From Parcubacteria group bacterium (GTDB taxonomy: Bacteria > Patescibacteriota > Minisyncoccia > JACPHC01): a stretch of 64,000 nt of DNA. The notes under the pieces are model-generated. The model was not told where the DNA came from and did no database searches. It was given only the letters and a program-made list of their open reading frames with translations. The stretch covers positions 45,519 to 109,518 of the forward strand of contig JACPHC010000001.1 of NCBI GenBank assembly GCA_016188775.1, written 5' to 3'. Of the stretch, positions 61,994 to 64,000 are shown piece by piece (position 1 is the stretch's first letter; each line of letters opens with the position of its first letter). A program made the translations under genes and the position numbers.

Positions 61994-63949
61994 CTATTTT
62001 ATGTCTTTATACACCCGCTGAACAAATGGATGATCAGGAAAAGGGGTGCTGAAGTGTTTCTGCAAAACAGCTTGACCCTGGCTAATTCGACCAATAGCAA
62101 TAAGTCCGGCGCCGGCATAAGCGGCAATTTCGTTGAATGATCCGTCAAGAATATAGGCCTGCTCAAAAAGACGGGCAGCTGCTTGTTGATCGCCAATCGC
62201 ATAAGCAATTTTCCCCTGTTCCAATAACAAACGCTGCTTTCGCGGCGAGAGCTGGCGCGCTTTCTCAAGATCTAACAAAGCATTGCGTGTGTCGATGTAA
62301 ACTCCGTAGGCGATCGAGCGCATCACATACGCGCGAGCATCGTTTGGAATTTTGGCAACTTGTTTTGACATTTCCACGACCGCCATTTGAGCAACCCGAA
62401 CCTTGATAAAATCCTGAACGCCCACAGAAGCGGCAAGGCGCGAAGAAAAAAGAATCATTTGCTCGCTTATTTCCTGCCGACCAAAATTATATTTCAAAGC
62501 GCGGTTAAAATGACTCAACGCGATATCAACATCGGCCGATCGCAAAGCGCGGCCAAGCTCCAAAGCCGCGCCAAACGGCCTGTGGACGAAGAAAAAAATA
62601 GCCACCAAAAACAACACGATAGCCGCCCCCGCGATAATTCCAAAATTACGCGCCATAGACAAATTCCCGATTTTCCAAAATATTCGCGGTTCCGCGTTTC
62701 CAAAAACTTTTTTTTCGAAAAAGGATTTGCTTAATTCTACTCTATGACCATACGCTAAAAGCGTTGCGAACATAATCGAACTTACAACATTATCAAAAAC
62801 AAAAAGAGAGTGGACCGCGAAAGCGACAACAAGACCAATCATCACGACGCCGGCAATAACCGCATCTTCGTAAAGCCAAACGGCCCGGAACAAAAACCAA
62901 AAAAGAGATACGAAAAGCGCGCCGGCAGCGAGACCGCCGGCAACCATCCAATCCAAAAAAGAATTATGCGCTCGATCAAACCATTCCTCCTGACCAAACA
63001 AAGACGGCTCATAATATTTATTAAAAACATAATTAAATCCTTCTTGCCCCCAGCCAAATACTGGACGCTCTTTCACCCCCTCAAGCGCCATACGCCAAAT
63101 TGTAAATCGAGTTTTACCTTCTTCCAAAGAAATTGATGCAATATCGGAAAAAACTGGATATTTTCTAAATTCAGACAACCTGGACACAGTAAAAATACCA
63201 ATCACCAGCATCGCTCCGGCTCCGATTAAAACAACAGTTTCGCGACTGATGCCATAACGAGCGATCCATACAATGCTTATAGCAATAAACACTCCAATAA
63301 TAAGACCTAAAAGCGCGCCGCGAGTTTGAGTGCCAAATAAAGTAACAATATTCAGCAACAGCGAGGCTGATAAAAAGATTGTCGCCGGGCGCGATCTATT
63401 CAATCTATCGCTGAACGCGTAAACACCTAAGAATATATGGAAAAGGGCGTAGATGCCAAGATAAGTCGGATTACCAAACGGACCGCCTCCGCTCACGCTC
63501 ATCCAGGCGCTTACCTCAAAAAAAGAACCGAGAGAAACAATCGCCGAAACACCTAAAGACGCGAACCAAAAATAATGCCACATTCGCTTTGCGCTGAGCG
63601 TCGCTGACACAACGACAAAAAAAGCGAACACGTGTAAAAGGCCTACCCAACCTTCCATTCGCTCGAAATTTCCCCAAAAAGCCTTTATGAGATTTTCGGC
63701 AAATATATTCGCTAAAAACATCCACGCGACAAAAAGAAAAAATACGGTTAAAATCCGGGAACGGCGCGCTCGAAAAGATGGTTCACGCAACGCAAGCAGT
63801 AACCATCCAAAAAAAGCGATTTCAATTAAGATGCGAAAAAATGCGGCCTTTCCTACCACAAAAGGAAAAAACAAGCTATCGCTCACGATAAGCGGCGTCA
63901 AAAGAACTCCAAAAACAGCGGTAATCGTTATGGCATAGACAATCTTCAT
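61994..63949 (-). CDS. O-antigen ligase (Wzy_C)-family membrane protein with a C-terminal TPR-like region
   Basis: FGNPTYLG, TQTRGALLG, RFTIW, GWGQEGF, DRAHNSFLD; helical C-terminal repeats. Confidence 0.88.
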   Translation of the reverse strand: MKIVYAITITAVFGVLLTPLIVSDSLFFPFVVGKAAFFRILIEIAFFGWLLLALREPSFRARRSRILTVFFLFVAWMFLANIFAENLIKAFWGNFERMEGWVGLLHVFAFFVVVSATLSAKRMWHYFWFASLGVSAIVSLGSFFEVSAWMSVSGGGPFGNPTYLGIYALFHIFLGVYAFSDRLNRSRPATIFLSASLLLNIVTLFGTQTRGALLGLIIGVFIAISIVWIARYGISRETVVLIGAGAMLVIGIFTVSRLSEFRKYPVFSDIASISLEEGKTRFTIWRMALEGVKERPVFGWGQEGFNYVFNKYYEPSLFGQEEWFDRAHNSFLDWMVAGGLAAGALFVSLFWFLFRAVWLYEDAVIAGVVMIGLVVAFAVHSLFVFDNVVSSIMFATLLAYGHRVELSKSFFEKKVFGNAEPRIFWKIGNLSMARNFGIIAGAAIVLFLVAIFFFVHRPFGAALELGRALRSADVDIALSHFNRALKYNFGRQEISEQMILFSSRLAASVGVQDFIKVRVAQMAVVEMSKQVAKIPNDARAYVMRSIAYGVYIDTRNALLDLEKARQLSPRKQRLLLEQGKIAYAIGDQQAAARLFEQAYILDGSFNEIAAYAGAGLIAIGRISQGQAVLQKHFSTPFPDHPFVQRVYKDIK

Positions 63950-64000
63950 AAGCCATCGTTAGCGGCTTCCTCTAGGCCGATTTCTTGTGATTCTATTTGC

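Noticed and set aside
1-64000. Alternative genetic code (UGA = Gly/Trp) or selenoproteins
   Set aside because: Conserved genes are full length under code 11, several end in TGA at the expected position, and redox motifs use ordinary Cys codons.

Overview
This window looks like a chromosomal segment of a Patescibacteria (CPR), most likely Parcubacteria-type, bacterium; the assignment is inferred from gene content and uses the standard code, with TGA as stop. Housekeeping genes include rpmA, rplI, rplU, def-fmt-efp, hrcA-grpE-dnaK-dnaJ with a CIRCE operator, cysS, dnaB, recR, trxB, corA and tRNA-Lys(UUU). Between them sit a thiol-redox cluster and three large surface-protein/signalling clusters: (1) a 2551-aa secreted protein with a receiver protein and a MacB-like ABC pair; (2) a cohesin + dockerin pair with a PAS/GAF kinase; (3) a more GC-rich island from about 49 to 64 kb with a signal-peptide-bearing, tail-fibre-like S74 protein. 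The most notable signals are: a PaaX/Cas2-like wHTH gene bracketed by two copies of the same perfect palindrome (38-bp shared core), which may be an undescribed mobile or autoregulated unit; several families of short palindromic elements inserted in frame in genes, nested in one another, or supplying start codons; and a structured 5' leader with two similar hairpin units. No CRISPR array, rRNA, integrase or classical transposase was seen. All product calls come from motif recognition, not database searches.
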